Shown: piece after piece, positions 36,888-45,542 of the stretch
How the letters are laid out: every line of letters starts with the position of its first letter
Position numbering within the stretch: the first letter of the stretch is position 1
NCBI GenBank assembly: GCA_049695975.1
Contig: JBAVTE010000027.1
Span: 32,972 to 96,971, forward strand
DNA from: Minisyncoccia bacterium
GTDB lineage: Bacteria > Patescibacteriota > Minisyncoccia > Phycocordibacterales > GWA1-40-21
Reading direction: 5' to 3'
Length of the DNA: 64,000 bases
The notes under the pieces: model-generated
Seen by the model: the letters and a program-made list of their open reading frames with translations, nothing else
The model's database searches: none
What the model was told of the DNA's origin: nothing
Translations under genes and position numbers: made by a program

Positions 36888-38056
36888 ACCACTTGAAAGG
36901 TATTCAGGCACTGAGACTAATCAACAAACCTGTGCCAAGATTAATGCGACAAAATCTGGTACCTGATAGCCGACTCGAATCAGTTCATTTGGAAGCGAGC
37001 GGTGAATGTAACATGAAGTGTGTTCATTGCTACCAAGCAAAGTATGTCAAATCTGGTGAAAAACTTAATCACCGTGAGATTATACTTCTTCTTGATCAGC
37101 TACAGAATATGCAGGTTAGTAATGTTGGAATCAGTGGTGGTGAACCACTAATGATGCCTGATCTTACGGAAGTTATGAGAGCTATTGAAGCGAGAGATAT
37201 GAGAATCTCAGCTCTCTTTACAAATGGCCTTCTGGTCGACGACAAGTTAATCAAGGAGACGAATGCACTGCGAAGTAAGTTCTCATTCTTCATTAGCCTA
37301 GACTCGATTCCAGGACAGACACTTGCTTTCCGTGGAGTAGGGAAAAGAGCATCTAGGGTGATTCTTGAGCGGATAGTTTCAAAGATTAGGTTGTTAATTT
37401 CCAGCGGTATCAGTGTTGTCATCAATACTGTCGTAAATCTGGAAAATATCAGCTATCTTGATAAGATGTATGATTTGGTTACTGAGCTGAAAGTTGACAG
37501 TTGGAGGCTCGGTTTTCCAAAGATGACACCTGAATTCAAGAAACACAAGAATGGTTTCTATGTTGAATGGAATAGTATTGCTGAACACTGTTTGTCCTTG
37601 CTTCAGCGGCATTTGATAGGAGGCTTACCATTTCATCTGCAGATTGAGTATTTGTTCAGGGAAGAACTCTTTAAACAGGGTATACAAGAGCTATCTGACA
37701 TGGACTTTGTCTGTGATTACGAGGGTCGTCGTTCTGAGTGTTGTGTAAAGCCCAATGGAGATGTCGTCTCTTGTGCGTACTGTTCCGAGTTACCATTGGG
37801 TAACATCAGGAAGTCGTCGATTTGGGATATTTGGTATTCAACTCAAATGAGTGATTTGAAAAAGATCCAGATCAACGACGTGGTAGAGTGCAGGGGATGT
37901 GAGCTTCGTAGTCTTTGCGGAACTGGTTGCCGTGCGAATGCTCACTTTCTTCATGGAGATTTTCACAATGCTAAAGATGATTACGCTTGTTTAGCGGTAG
38001 CTTTCTTTAAGGAGAAAGTGGTCCCTCTTTTGAGGAAGTACAGTATGATTAGTTGA
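36776..38056 (+). CDS. Radical SAM/SPASM-domain peptide-modifying enzyme, with the RRE C-terminal half in-frame upstream of the annotated ATG 36893
   Basis: rSAM cluster CNMKCVHC (CX3CX2C). SPASM cysteines CAYC...CRGCELRSLCGTGC (CX2CX5CX3C). Frame open from 36776. Confidence 0.75.
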   Translation, partial: SFIRSSRVLHLLDGSQTIDQVIDKYHRKSRSTVVQFLNHLKGIQALRLINKPVPRLMRQNLVPDSRLESVHLEASGECNMKCVHCYQAKYVKSGEKLNHREIILLLDQLQNMQVSNVGISGGEPLMMPDLTEVMRAIEARDMRISALFTNGLLVDDKLIKETNALRSKFSFFISLDSIPGQTLAFRGVGKRASRVILERIVSKIRLLISSGISVVINTVVNLENISYLDKMYDLVTELKVDSWRLGFPKMTPEFKKHKNGFYVEWNSIAEHCLSLLQRHLIGGLPFHLQIEYLFREELFKQGIQELSDMDFVCDYEGRRSECCVKPNGDVVSCAYCSELPLGNIRKSSIWDIWYSTQMSDLKKIQINDVVECRGCELRSLCGTGCRANAHFLHGDFHNAKDDYACLAVAFFKEKVVPLLRKYSMIS

Positions 38057-38152
38057 TCTTTTGACACACAAGGTATAATAAAATGCCCACTTTGAAAAAA
38101 GTGGGCATTTATTGTTTGCATTAAGATAAATAATGATTACAATGTACATTAT

Positions 38153-38890
38153 ATGAATAATTATAAAAACTTTTCAAAATATTATGACATGGCTATGGGT
38201 GACAGAACGGCAGAGGGTATATTTATTAAGAAATTAATAAAACAGTATAATTCGAAGGCAAAGACTGTATTAGAATTGGGCTGCGGTACAGGAGCCTTTC
38301 TTAAATATCTCTCAAATCATGGCTATAAAATGGCAGGAATTGATTTATCACAGGAGATGCTAGAAATTGCAAGACAGAAGGTTCCGAATGCTAATCTGTT
38401 ATGTCAAAATATGGCAATTTTTTCCTTGCAATTAAAATTTGATGTTGTTTTGTGTTTATTTGATTCAATAAATCACTTAATTGATTATAATGATTGGGAA
38501 AAGGTTTTTCTCCAGACATATCTACACTTGAATGATAGTGGTTTATTTATCTTTGACATTAATACAAAATCAAAACTAGATATACTTGCAGGGTCCGATC
38601 CAATTGTTAATGAAGTGGATAATAAAATAATTTCTATGAAAGTAATTTTGAAAAATAATATTTATAATTGGAATATTAAAATAGTTGAAAAACAACCAAA
38701 TGATAGCGAAATGATATATTTAGAAAATATTCAAGAACAATCATTTCCAATATCAATGATAGAAAAATCGCTCAAGAAAAATTTTGAAAAGGTTATTAAG
38801 ATTAGTCAAAGTGGTATGCAAGCAACTGAAAATTCTCGACGGGTATACTTCATTTGCCTTAAGAATTTAGAAAATAAATTGAAGAGGTAA
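38153..38890 (+). CDS. Class I SAM-dependent methyltransferase
   Basis: Motif I VLELGCGTGAF and motif II CLFDSINHL. Confidence 0.75.
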   Translation: MNNYKNFSKYYDMAMGDRTAEGIFIKKLIKQYNSKAKTVLELGCGTGAFLKYLSNHGYKMAGIDLSQEMLEIARQKVPNANLLCQNMAIFSLQLKFDVVLCLFDSINHLIDYNDWEKVFLQTYLHLNDSGLFIFDINTKSKLDILAGSDPIVNEVDNKIISMKVILKNNIYNWNIKIVEKQPNDSEMIYLENIQEQSFPISMIEKSLKKNFEKVIKISQSGMQATENSRRVYFICLKNLENKLKR

Positions 38891-38922
38891 TTGGAGTCAG
38901 CCATGCTCTGTAGAAAACACCC

Positions 38923-39258
38923 CTAATAAACAGGCAACACAATCATAATGTTGTGTGTCAAAACCTTTAGAGCCATTTCTCGGCATTGACACCAATATGT
39001 TTTAGAAAGAATTGACTCAGACAGATTCCGTTTCAGCATACTCATCACTGTTTCCGATTGCCATCTCTGACCATATTCCCCCTTGTCGAAATGTTCTACT
39101 ATTTCCCTTCGATATTTTCCGCTAGGCAGTTTCTTTTTTGGACGTCCTATTTTTGGATTAATAATTGAGTGTATCTGCAGTTTTTCTCGTGAATAGACAT
39201 GATTAGATTCACTATCATAACCAGCGTCGGCCGTGATTGTTTTAATGGGAAATTACTA
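38923..39258 (-). pseudogene. IS4/IS5-superfamily DDE transposase, C-terminal fragment only
   Basis: Minus-strand translation gives TITADAGYDSESNHVYSREKLQIHSIINPKIGRPKKKLPSGKYRREIVEHFDKGEYGQRWQSETVMSMLKRNL...VLPVY*. No start codon; stops lie directly upstream. Confidence 0.6.
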
Positions 39259-39263
39259 TATTT

Positions 39264-39295
39264 CATGGCAAGGTCAGACCTTGCCATTTTTTTTA
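39264..39295. repeat. Perfect palindrome CATGGCAAGG-tcaga-CCTTGCCATG plus T8, member of the GCAAGG/CCTTGC hairpin family
   Basis: Related copies at 41523-41545 (TCATGGCAAGGattgtCCTTGAT), 35695-35715 and 7469-7500. Confidence 0.6.
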
Positions 39296-39401
39296 CGACT
39301 GTCATTCCCGCGGAGGCGGGAATCAAGAATAGTTTTATTATTAAGGTTAAGCCTTGCCACGCCTTATTTCTTTTTTTACCATTTATATATATAATAAATA
39401 A

Positions 39402-40310
39402 ATGAAAATAAACAATTCAAATGAAGATGTTTCGATTGGGGTGATTGCTCCAGCACGGCCGATTTATAATATTCAAAAAGAAATCGACGATGGAATTACC
39501 GAAATAAAGAGTTTTGGTTTTAATGTTAAAAAAAGTAACAATTTGAATAAAAAATTGTTTTATTCAGCAGGAACTGTCGAAGAACGCGTGTCCGATATTC
39601 ATGAAATGTTTTCTGATAAAAAAGTCAAAGCTATTATATGTGCTACAGGTGGTGCCAGTTCTAACCAATTAATAGAACATCTAGATTTTGATTTAATAAA
39701 GAAAAATCTTAAAATATTTATGGGATATAGTGATATTACCGCTTTACTGCTTGCAATCAACAAAAAAACTAGCATGCCTACATTTTATGGTCCCATGATT
39801 AGAGACTTTGCTGGTTTAACAGATGAAGCTAAAAAATTTACAGAAGATTTACTGAAAGGAAAGAGTAAAAATTTAAATTATCTACAACCATACAAAACAT
39901 TACGAAAGGGTAAGGTTCGAGGTAAACTAGTCGGCGGAGTACTGACTGTATTTAATAGTTTGTTGGCTACACCATATATGCCAGATTTAAAAGGGAAAAT
40001 TCTTTTTTGGGAAGAGGTTGGCACTTGTCCGGCACAGATTGATTTTTTATTACAGGAATTAAAATTGGCTGGAGTGTTTAAGAAAATTAAAGGAATGGTG
40101 GTTGGATATCTATCAGATTGTACGGATAAGAAATATCCGCAAGACAATCGTTCCATTGATGAAATTATTTTAGGGCGAACTAAAGGTTTTGATTTTCCAA
40201 TAATTAAAGTTGATTATTTTGGTCATGATGTAAAAAACTTTCTTGCTATTCCGATTGGTACAGAAGCAATCATAGATACAAATAAAAAGATTTTTTCTGT
40301 TAAATTATAA
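39402..40310 (+). CDS. S66-family LD-carboxypeptidase (LdcA/MccF-like)
   Basis: IGVIAPARP N-terminus and nucleophile motif GYSDITALL. Confidence 0.75.
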   Translation: MKINNSNEDVSIGVIAPARPIYNIQKEIDDGITEIKSFGFNVKKSNNLNKKLFYSAGTVEERVSDIHEMFSDKKVKAIICATGGASSNQLIEHLDFDLIKKNLKIFMGYSDITALLLAINKKTSMPTFYGPMIRDFAGLTDEAKKFTEDLLKGKSKNLNYLQPYKTLRKGKVRGKLVGGVLTVFNSLLATPYMPDLKGKILFWEEVGTCPAQIDFLLQELKLAGVFKKIKGMVVGYLSDCTDKKYPQDNRSIDEIILGRTKGFDFPIIKVDYFGHDVKNFLAIPIGTEAIIDTNKKIFSVKL

Positions 40311-40459
40311 AAATAGGCTTATTTTTTGTCCGCTCCTGAGTAATATGTAATTATCAAGGCTAAAAAAAGCCTTGCTACGCCTCACCCAATACAAGAAAAA
40401 CACTTTAGTTGACAATTACTTGACAATTGAATACAGATTGGTTTACAATAGAGTAACCT

Positions 40460-41512
40460 ATGAAAAACAAGGAAAAGATATTGGATTTAATAAACAAAAG
40501 TGGAAAGATTACCACTTCGGAAATCACGGCCAAACTGGGCTTTTCTCGCCAGTATGTGAGTTTGATTATTTCTATGCTTGTTACTGAAAAATCTGTAATA
40601 AAATTTGGCGGAACCAACGGTGCTTTTTATGTCTCTTTTTCATACGCAAAAGAGCATCCTGAAGTTTTTCCGTCTTCATTTAAAAAAACATACAAAAATA
40701 TTTCACTTGAGGAGCATAATGTTTTGACTGAGATTGAAGAAAAATTTCCTCAATTAATAGACTCGTCTGAAAATGTTAAGAGCATTTTTGCTTTTGCTTT
40801 TTCTGAAATGTTTAATAATGCTATTGAACACTCACAAACAAAAACAATTTCTATAGAAATAGCGATGAGAAACAAAAAGCTTTCATTTGTTGTTTTGGAT
40901 TCTGGAGTTGGAGTCTTCCGCAATATTATGAAAAAGAAAGGGTTGAATTCCGAGATAGAAGCTATACAAGACTTATTGAAAGGAAAGACTACTACTATGC
41001 CAAAGTCACATTCTGGTGAAGGAATCTTTTTCACATCAAAATCAGCCGATGTATTTATTTTAGATAGTTTTGGCAAACAACTCACAGTAAATACAAAAAC
41101 AGAGGGTGTGTCAATAAATAATACTTCCATTATCAAAAGGGGTACGAAAGTAATATTTGAAATAGATGTGAATTCTGATAAACATCTAAATCAAGTATTT
41201 AAAAAATATACAAATCTAACTAACGAAAGCGACTACGGGTTTGATAAGACAGAAATACGAGTAAAATTATATACCATGGGTGGGGTTCATATATCACGTT
41301 CACAAGCACGCAGGATTCTTTCTGGTCTAGAAAAATTTAAAATAATTTTATTGGATTTTGAAAATGTTCCAGTTGTTGGTCAAGCTTTTGCAGATGAGAT
41401 ATATAGAGTTTTTCAGTATAAATATCCAGATATCAAAATTGAAGAAGAAAATATGTCTGCGGGTGTTCGCTTTATGATTGAAAGGGCAAAAAATGAGGCA
41501 AAGAGTAAATAG
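40460..41512 (+). CDS. Putative regulator: N-terminal wHTH, RsbW-like GHKL ATP-binding domain, C-terminal STAS-like (DUF4325-like) domain
   Basis: HTH ITTSEITAKLGFSRQYVSLII. FSEMFNNAIEHS...VVLDSGVG. C-terminus KIILLDFENVPVVGQAFADEI. Confidence 0.5.
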   Translation: MKNKEKILDLINKSGKITTSEITAKLGFSRQYVSLIISMLVTEKSVIKFGGTNGAFYVSFSYAKEHPEVFPSSFKKTYKNISLEEHNVLTEIEEKFPQLIDSSENVKSIFAFAFSEMFNNAIEHSQTKTISIEIAMRNKKLSFVVLDSGVGVFRNIMKKKGLNSEIEAIQDLLKGKTTTMPKSHSGEGIFFTSKSADVFILDSFGKQLTVNTKTEGVSINNTSIIKRGTKVIFEIDVNSDKHLNQVFKKYTNLTNESDYGFDKTEIRVKLYTMGGVHISRSQARRILSGLEKFKIILLDFENVPVVGQAFADEIYRVFQYKYPDIKIEEENMSAGVRFMIERAKNEAKSK

Positions 41513-41636
41513 CTAGAATAATTCATGGCAAGGATTGTCCTTGATATTTATTACCACAGTTGTCACTTGATTTATATTTTAGACAGAATACAATTGTATA
41601 TGGATTAGATTATTTTAATGCTTTTTTTAAGAAAAG

Positions 41637-42074
41637 ATGGTGAGTGTGAAAACTATCATCAGTCATCATGTTAGAATTAATCTAAAAGGAAACGGCGAAT
41701 TTGAAAAATGGCTTGTTGAAGAAACTTTTGATCTTGGTGCATATATAACAGCCCAAACTGATTGGGCCTTGAAGTGTCCATATAACAGAAATGGAGTTAA
41801 AGAAAGATATGGATGGGATGATGCAAAACTAGATGCAAACCCCAAAATAGCCGTTGCTTACTTCATTGAACAACATGGCAATGACTGGTTTAGGGATAAC
41901 CGAAGATCAAAATTCATTACAACAAAACAAGTTCTGCTTGATTGTTCCGATCAAAATTGTCCTTTTTCTATAATTCAGGATATCTGTAAAAGATGTCCTG
42001 ATTGCAAAGTTGCAAAACTTGGAATTGTACCGGAAAATATTTTAGATTTTTCCGAAATTTCTTGTGCAAAATAA
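41637..42074 (+). CDS. Hypothetical Cys-rich protein
   Basis: ORF with CxxC pairs near the C-terminus. Confidence 0.4.
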   Translation: MVSVKTIISHHVRINLKGNGEFEKWLVEETFDLGAYITAQTDWALKCPYNRNGVKERYGWDDAKLDANPKIAVAYFIEQHGNDWFRDNRRSKFITTKQVLLDCSDQNCPFSIIQDICKRCPDCKVAKLGIVPENILDFSEISCAK

Positions 42075-42088
42075 TAAGAAAGGATGTC

Positions 42089-42125
42089 ACCGCGGGTATC
42101 ATACTATGATACCCGCGTTTTTTTA
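42089..42125 (+). terminator. Rho-independent terminator
   Basis: CACCGCGGGTATCATACTATGATACCCGCGTTTTTTT. Confidence 0.8.
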
Positions 42126-42143
42126 TTATGATATAATTTTTAT

Positions 42144-42737
42144 ATGCCTACAAAAACAGAATTGATGAAAAGAATAGAAAACGAAGTCCTGAATTTAAAA
42201 AAATCTACTCTTTACAAATACAGGACTGAAAATAAATACTTTCCGGTAATAGGAGAGGGAAGTCACAATGCAAAAATATTGTTTGTCGGTGAAGCACCAG
42301 GAAGAAATGAAGCGAAAATTGGGAGACCGTTTTGCGGATCTGCAGGAAAAATACTGGATGAACTTCTGGCTTTTGTAAACATTCCACGAGAAAATATTTA
42401 TATTACAAATATTGTTAAAGACAGGCCTCAGGAAAATAGAGACCCAACGCCTAAAGAAATAGAAATTTATGGGCCATTTTTAGATAGACAAATAAACATA
42501 ATTCAACCCAGCACAATAGTGGCTTTGGGTAGATATTCTATGGGTTACATTATGAAAAAATTTGGACTTCATTCAAAAATCGAGCCGATAGGTAAAATAC
42601 ATGGTAAATCATATGATACAGAAACAAATTATGGAAAAATTAAAATTATCATCTTGTATCACCCATGTGTCGCTGTGTACAATTATTCAAAAATAAACGA
42701 TCTAAAAAAAGATTTTAAAATTTTAAAAAAGATATAA
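42144..42737 (+). CDS. udg: Uracil-DNA glycosylase, family 4
   Basis: GEAPGRNEAKIGRPFCGSAGKILDELL motif. Confidence 0.85.
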   Translation: MPTKTELMKRIENEVLNLKKSTLYKYRTENKYFPVIGEGSHNAKILFVGEAPGRNEAKIGRPFCGSAGKILDELLAFVNIPRENIYITNIVKDRPQENRDPTPKEIEIYGPFLDRQINIIQPSTIVALGRYSMGYIMKKFGLHSKIEPIGKIHGKSYDTETNYGKIKIIILYHPCVAVYNYSKINDLKKDFKILKKI

Positions 42738-42755
42738 ATATGTTATATTCTATTT

Positions 42756-44549
42756 ATGAAATCATCAGAAATTCGTGAAAAATATTTAAAATTTTTTGAA
42801 AAAAAGGGGCATAAAATAATTTCCTCTGCTTCTCTTATTCCAGAAAACTATATAATACCTGACAAAGGATCTCTTTTTACTACTGCTGGTATGCAACCGC
42901 TCATTCCATATTTACTCGGAGAGAAACATCCGGCTGGCACGAGGATTGTCGATGTTCAGAAGTGTGTCAGAACAGGTGATATTGACGATGTAGGCGACAA
43001 TCGCCACCTTACTTTTTTTGAAATGATGGGAAACTGGTCACTCGGTGATTATTTTAAAAAAGAATCTATCGCGTGGAGTATGGAATTTCTGACAGATAAA
43101 AATGAAGGCCTCGGTCTTGATCCAAAAAGACTTTTTGTCACAGTTTTTAAAGGCGAGGAGGGAATACCACTAGATGAAGATTCTATTAAATTTTGGAAAG
43201 AAAATTTTATAAAACACGATATCACCGCGGGTGTCGCTGAAAATGATGGAATTATAAAGAAAGACGTGAGAATTATTCCTCTCGGAAAAGAAGATAATTT
43301 TTGGATTGCTGGTCAAACCGGTCCTTGTGGCGGAGACACTGAGATGTTTTATGATGTGAGATCTGAAGAGGATAAACTTGAAGGAAATTTTTATGATCTT
43401 GTAAAATCCGGCAAAATTATTGAAATTTGGAACAATGTTTTCATGGAGTTCAACAAAACTGCCGATGGAAAATATGAAAAACTAGCAAAACCAAATGTAG
43501 ATACAGGAATGGGGCTCGAAAGAACGACTGTGGTAATACAAGGAAAAAATAATGTATATGAAACAGATATTTTTGAACCTATTATTTCTTATATAAAATC
43601 AAATGCCAAAAAATATGATGAAAAATCATCTCGGATAGTAGCTGACCACATCCGTTCTGCTGTTTTTATAATTTCTGATGGAGTCATTCCTTCAAACACT
43701 GAGGCAGGATATGTCCTTCGAAGAATTTTGAGAAGGGCGATAAGGTTCATAGACATACTTGATCTTTCTAGAGAATCAATTTTTGATTTAGCCAAAATAG
43801 TCATCAATAATTTTTCTTATGCCTATCCTGAATTAAAAAATAAAGAGGTAGAAATTTTGGAAGTGATTAAAAATGAAAATGAAAAATTTAGACTGACGCT
43901 AGAAAAAGGTCTAAAAGAATTTGAAAAAGGTATCGATGTCTTCAATCTGTTTCAAACTTATGGTTTTCCCATTGAAATAACAATAGAATTGGCAAAGGAA
44001 AAGGGGATTGAAATTGATATGAATGATTTTAATGAGAAAATGAAGAAACACCAAGAAATTTCCAAAGCTGGTTCAGAACAGAAATTCAAAGGGGGACTAG
44101 CTGGAACAGGCGAGATGGAGACCCGATATCACACGGCGACACACTTACTACTAGCTTCGCTCAGAAAAGTGCTTGGCGGAGAAATTGTACAAAAGGGAAG
44201 TAATATCACTACAGAAAGAATGCGTTTTGATTTTAATTGGCCAGAAAAAGTGCCTGCAAGCAAACTGAAAGAAATAGAAGATTTGGTCAATCAAAAAATT
44301 CAAGAGAAAATTCCGGTGGAACTGATTGAACTTCCAAAAGAAGAGGCAAAGAAAATCGTCACCACACTTTCATTTGACCTATCTAAATACGGAGATGTCG
44401 TAAAAGTTTATAAAATAGGCGACTTCAGCACCGAATTTTGTGGTGGACCACATGTCGCAAACACCAGTGAACTCGGACATTTTAAAATTACAAAAGAAGA
44501 AGCATCCAGCGCCGGCGTCCGAAGAATAAAAGCAGTTTTGGAGCAATAA
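42756..44549 (+). CDS. alaS: Alanyl-tRNA synthetase, short form lacking the C-Ala domain
   Basis: Catalytic core (FTTAGMQPLIPYLLG, FFEMMGNWSLGDYFK) and editing-domain HxxxH (HTATHLL). 597 aa. Confidence 0.85.
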   Translation: MKSSEIREKYLKFFEKKGHKIISSASLIPENYIIPDKGSLFTTAGMQPLIPYLLGEKHPAGTRIVDVQKCVRTGDIDDVGDNRHLTFFEMMGNWSLGDYFKKESIAWSMEFLTDKNEGLGLDPKRLFVTVFKGEEGIPLDEDSIKFWKENFIKHDITAGVAENDGIIKKDVRIIPLGKEDNFWIAGQTGPCGGDTEMFYDVRSEEDKLEGNFYDLVKSGKIIEIWNNVFMEFNKTADGKYEKLAKPNVDTGMGLERTTVVIQGKNNVYETDIFEPIISYIKSNAKKYDEKSSRIVADHIRSAVFIISDGVIPSNTEAGYVLRRILRRAIRFIDILDLSRESIFDLAKIVINNFSYAYPELKNKEVEILEVIKNENEKFRLTLEKGLKEFEKGIDVFNLFQTYGFPIEITIELAKEKGIEIDMNDFNEKMKKHQEISKAGSEQKFKGGLAGTGEMETRYHTATHLLLASLRKVLGGEIVQKGSNITTERMRFDFNWPEKVPASKLKEIEDLVNQKIQEKIPVELIELPKEEAKKIVTTLSFDLSKYGDVVKVYKIGDFSTEFCGGPHVANTSELGHFKITKEEASSAGVRRIKAVLEQ

Positions 44550-44633
44550 AAGTAAAAAATATTAATTTATTAAAATAAACAACCTATTACATGTATATGT
44601 AATAGGTTGTTGTGAGATTATGTCCGAATACCA

Positions 44634-45440
44634 CTACATCAATCTTCTGATAACTTGAATTCGATGTTCGAGTTTCTTACAAAAGCTTTCAGAAAAACGC
44701 TCTGAGCGAAAAATGGAGTTAACCATTTGTTCGTTTGAAAGATTTTTACTATGCTTTAATGAGTGTTCAACAAACATCGACCATATCGCATTTAATGCTA
44801 ATTTTGTGTTGCAAGAATCAAAAAGTATTTCTGAAGTAAGGAATTTTGTACCAAGGGCACTCAACTTGTCCTTATTTTTTGAAAAAATTCTTGCTTCAAC
44901 AATTAACACATCTGAATTTGCGATTGTACCATAGATATGTGGATAAATAATCTTTACATACTTTCGGTGCTTAAATGACCATTGAGTATCCTTAATAATA
45001 CGAGACTGTCCAATAGCTGCAATGTTTCGTATCGGCTTTACCGAACCATGTTTGGAACAAAGAATTTCAAGAACATCATTACACATTACCCGAAATCCAA
45101 TTTTGACTCCATTTACTTGTCCATACATGCGACAAATTTCATAGCTTCCATCTAATACGGCATAGAGATGATTTTTATCAATCTGAAGTCTAGTAAGAAA
45201 AACTTTTTCGACTTGATTAATAAAATTATCTAGATCGATAGTTCGAGGAATTATAATCATTAAGTCTATATCGTCAAATTTTCCACACCTTTTTCGGTTA
45301 TACCCGTAACATGAACTTCCATATACAAGAATAGAGAAATTTATACAAAACATTCTTGCATTCATTTTGAATAGAGCCACCATTTTCCTTATCAATTGAT
45401 ATCGTTTATATGGTGGAAAGAACAAAAAACCATTATTCAC
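44634..45440 (-). CDS. Nucleotidyltransferase-fold protein (ANT/Lnu-like candidate)
   Basis: GSSCYG...KFDDIDL matches the Pol-beta NTase G[SG]-x(n)-D-x-D motif. A likely internal start (MVALFK) is at 45383. Confidence 0.5.
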   Translation of the reverse strand: MNNGFLFFPPYKRYQLIRKMVALFKMNARMFCINFSILVYGSSCYGYNRKRCGKFDDIDLMIIIPRTIDLDNFINQVEKVFLTRLQIDKNHLYAVLDGSYEICRMYGQVNGVKIGFRVMCNDVLEILCSKHGSVKPIRNIAAIGQSRIIKDTQWSFKHRKYVKIIYPHIYGTIANSDVLIVEARIFSKNKDKLSALGTKFLTSEILFDSCNTKLALNAIWSMFVEHSLKHSKNLSNEQMVNSIFRSERFSESFCKKLEHRIQVIRRLM

Positions 45441-45542
45441 AGTGCACCTCTTTTTTGATTTGTTTAAAGAACACTTGTAAATAATACACTAAAAACATAG
45501 AATGTCAATTGTAAGAGTAGATCTAATTGATATAATTACAAA

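Noticed and set aside
39199-39405. 68-aa plus-strand ORF
   Set aside because: Antisense to the transposase fragment and spans palindromic repeats. No coding signal.
35411-41545. Possible CRISPR array suggested by recurrent GCAAGG/CCTTGC palindromes
   Set aside because: Copies are irregularly spaced (hundreds to thousands of nt), differ in length and interrupt no regular spacer pattern. No cas1/cas2 nearby. The Cas4-like gene at 32670 is standalone.
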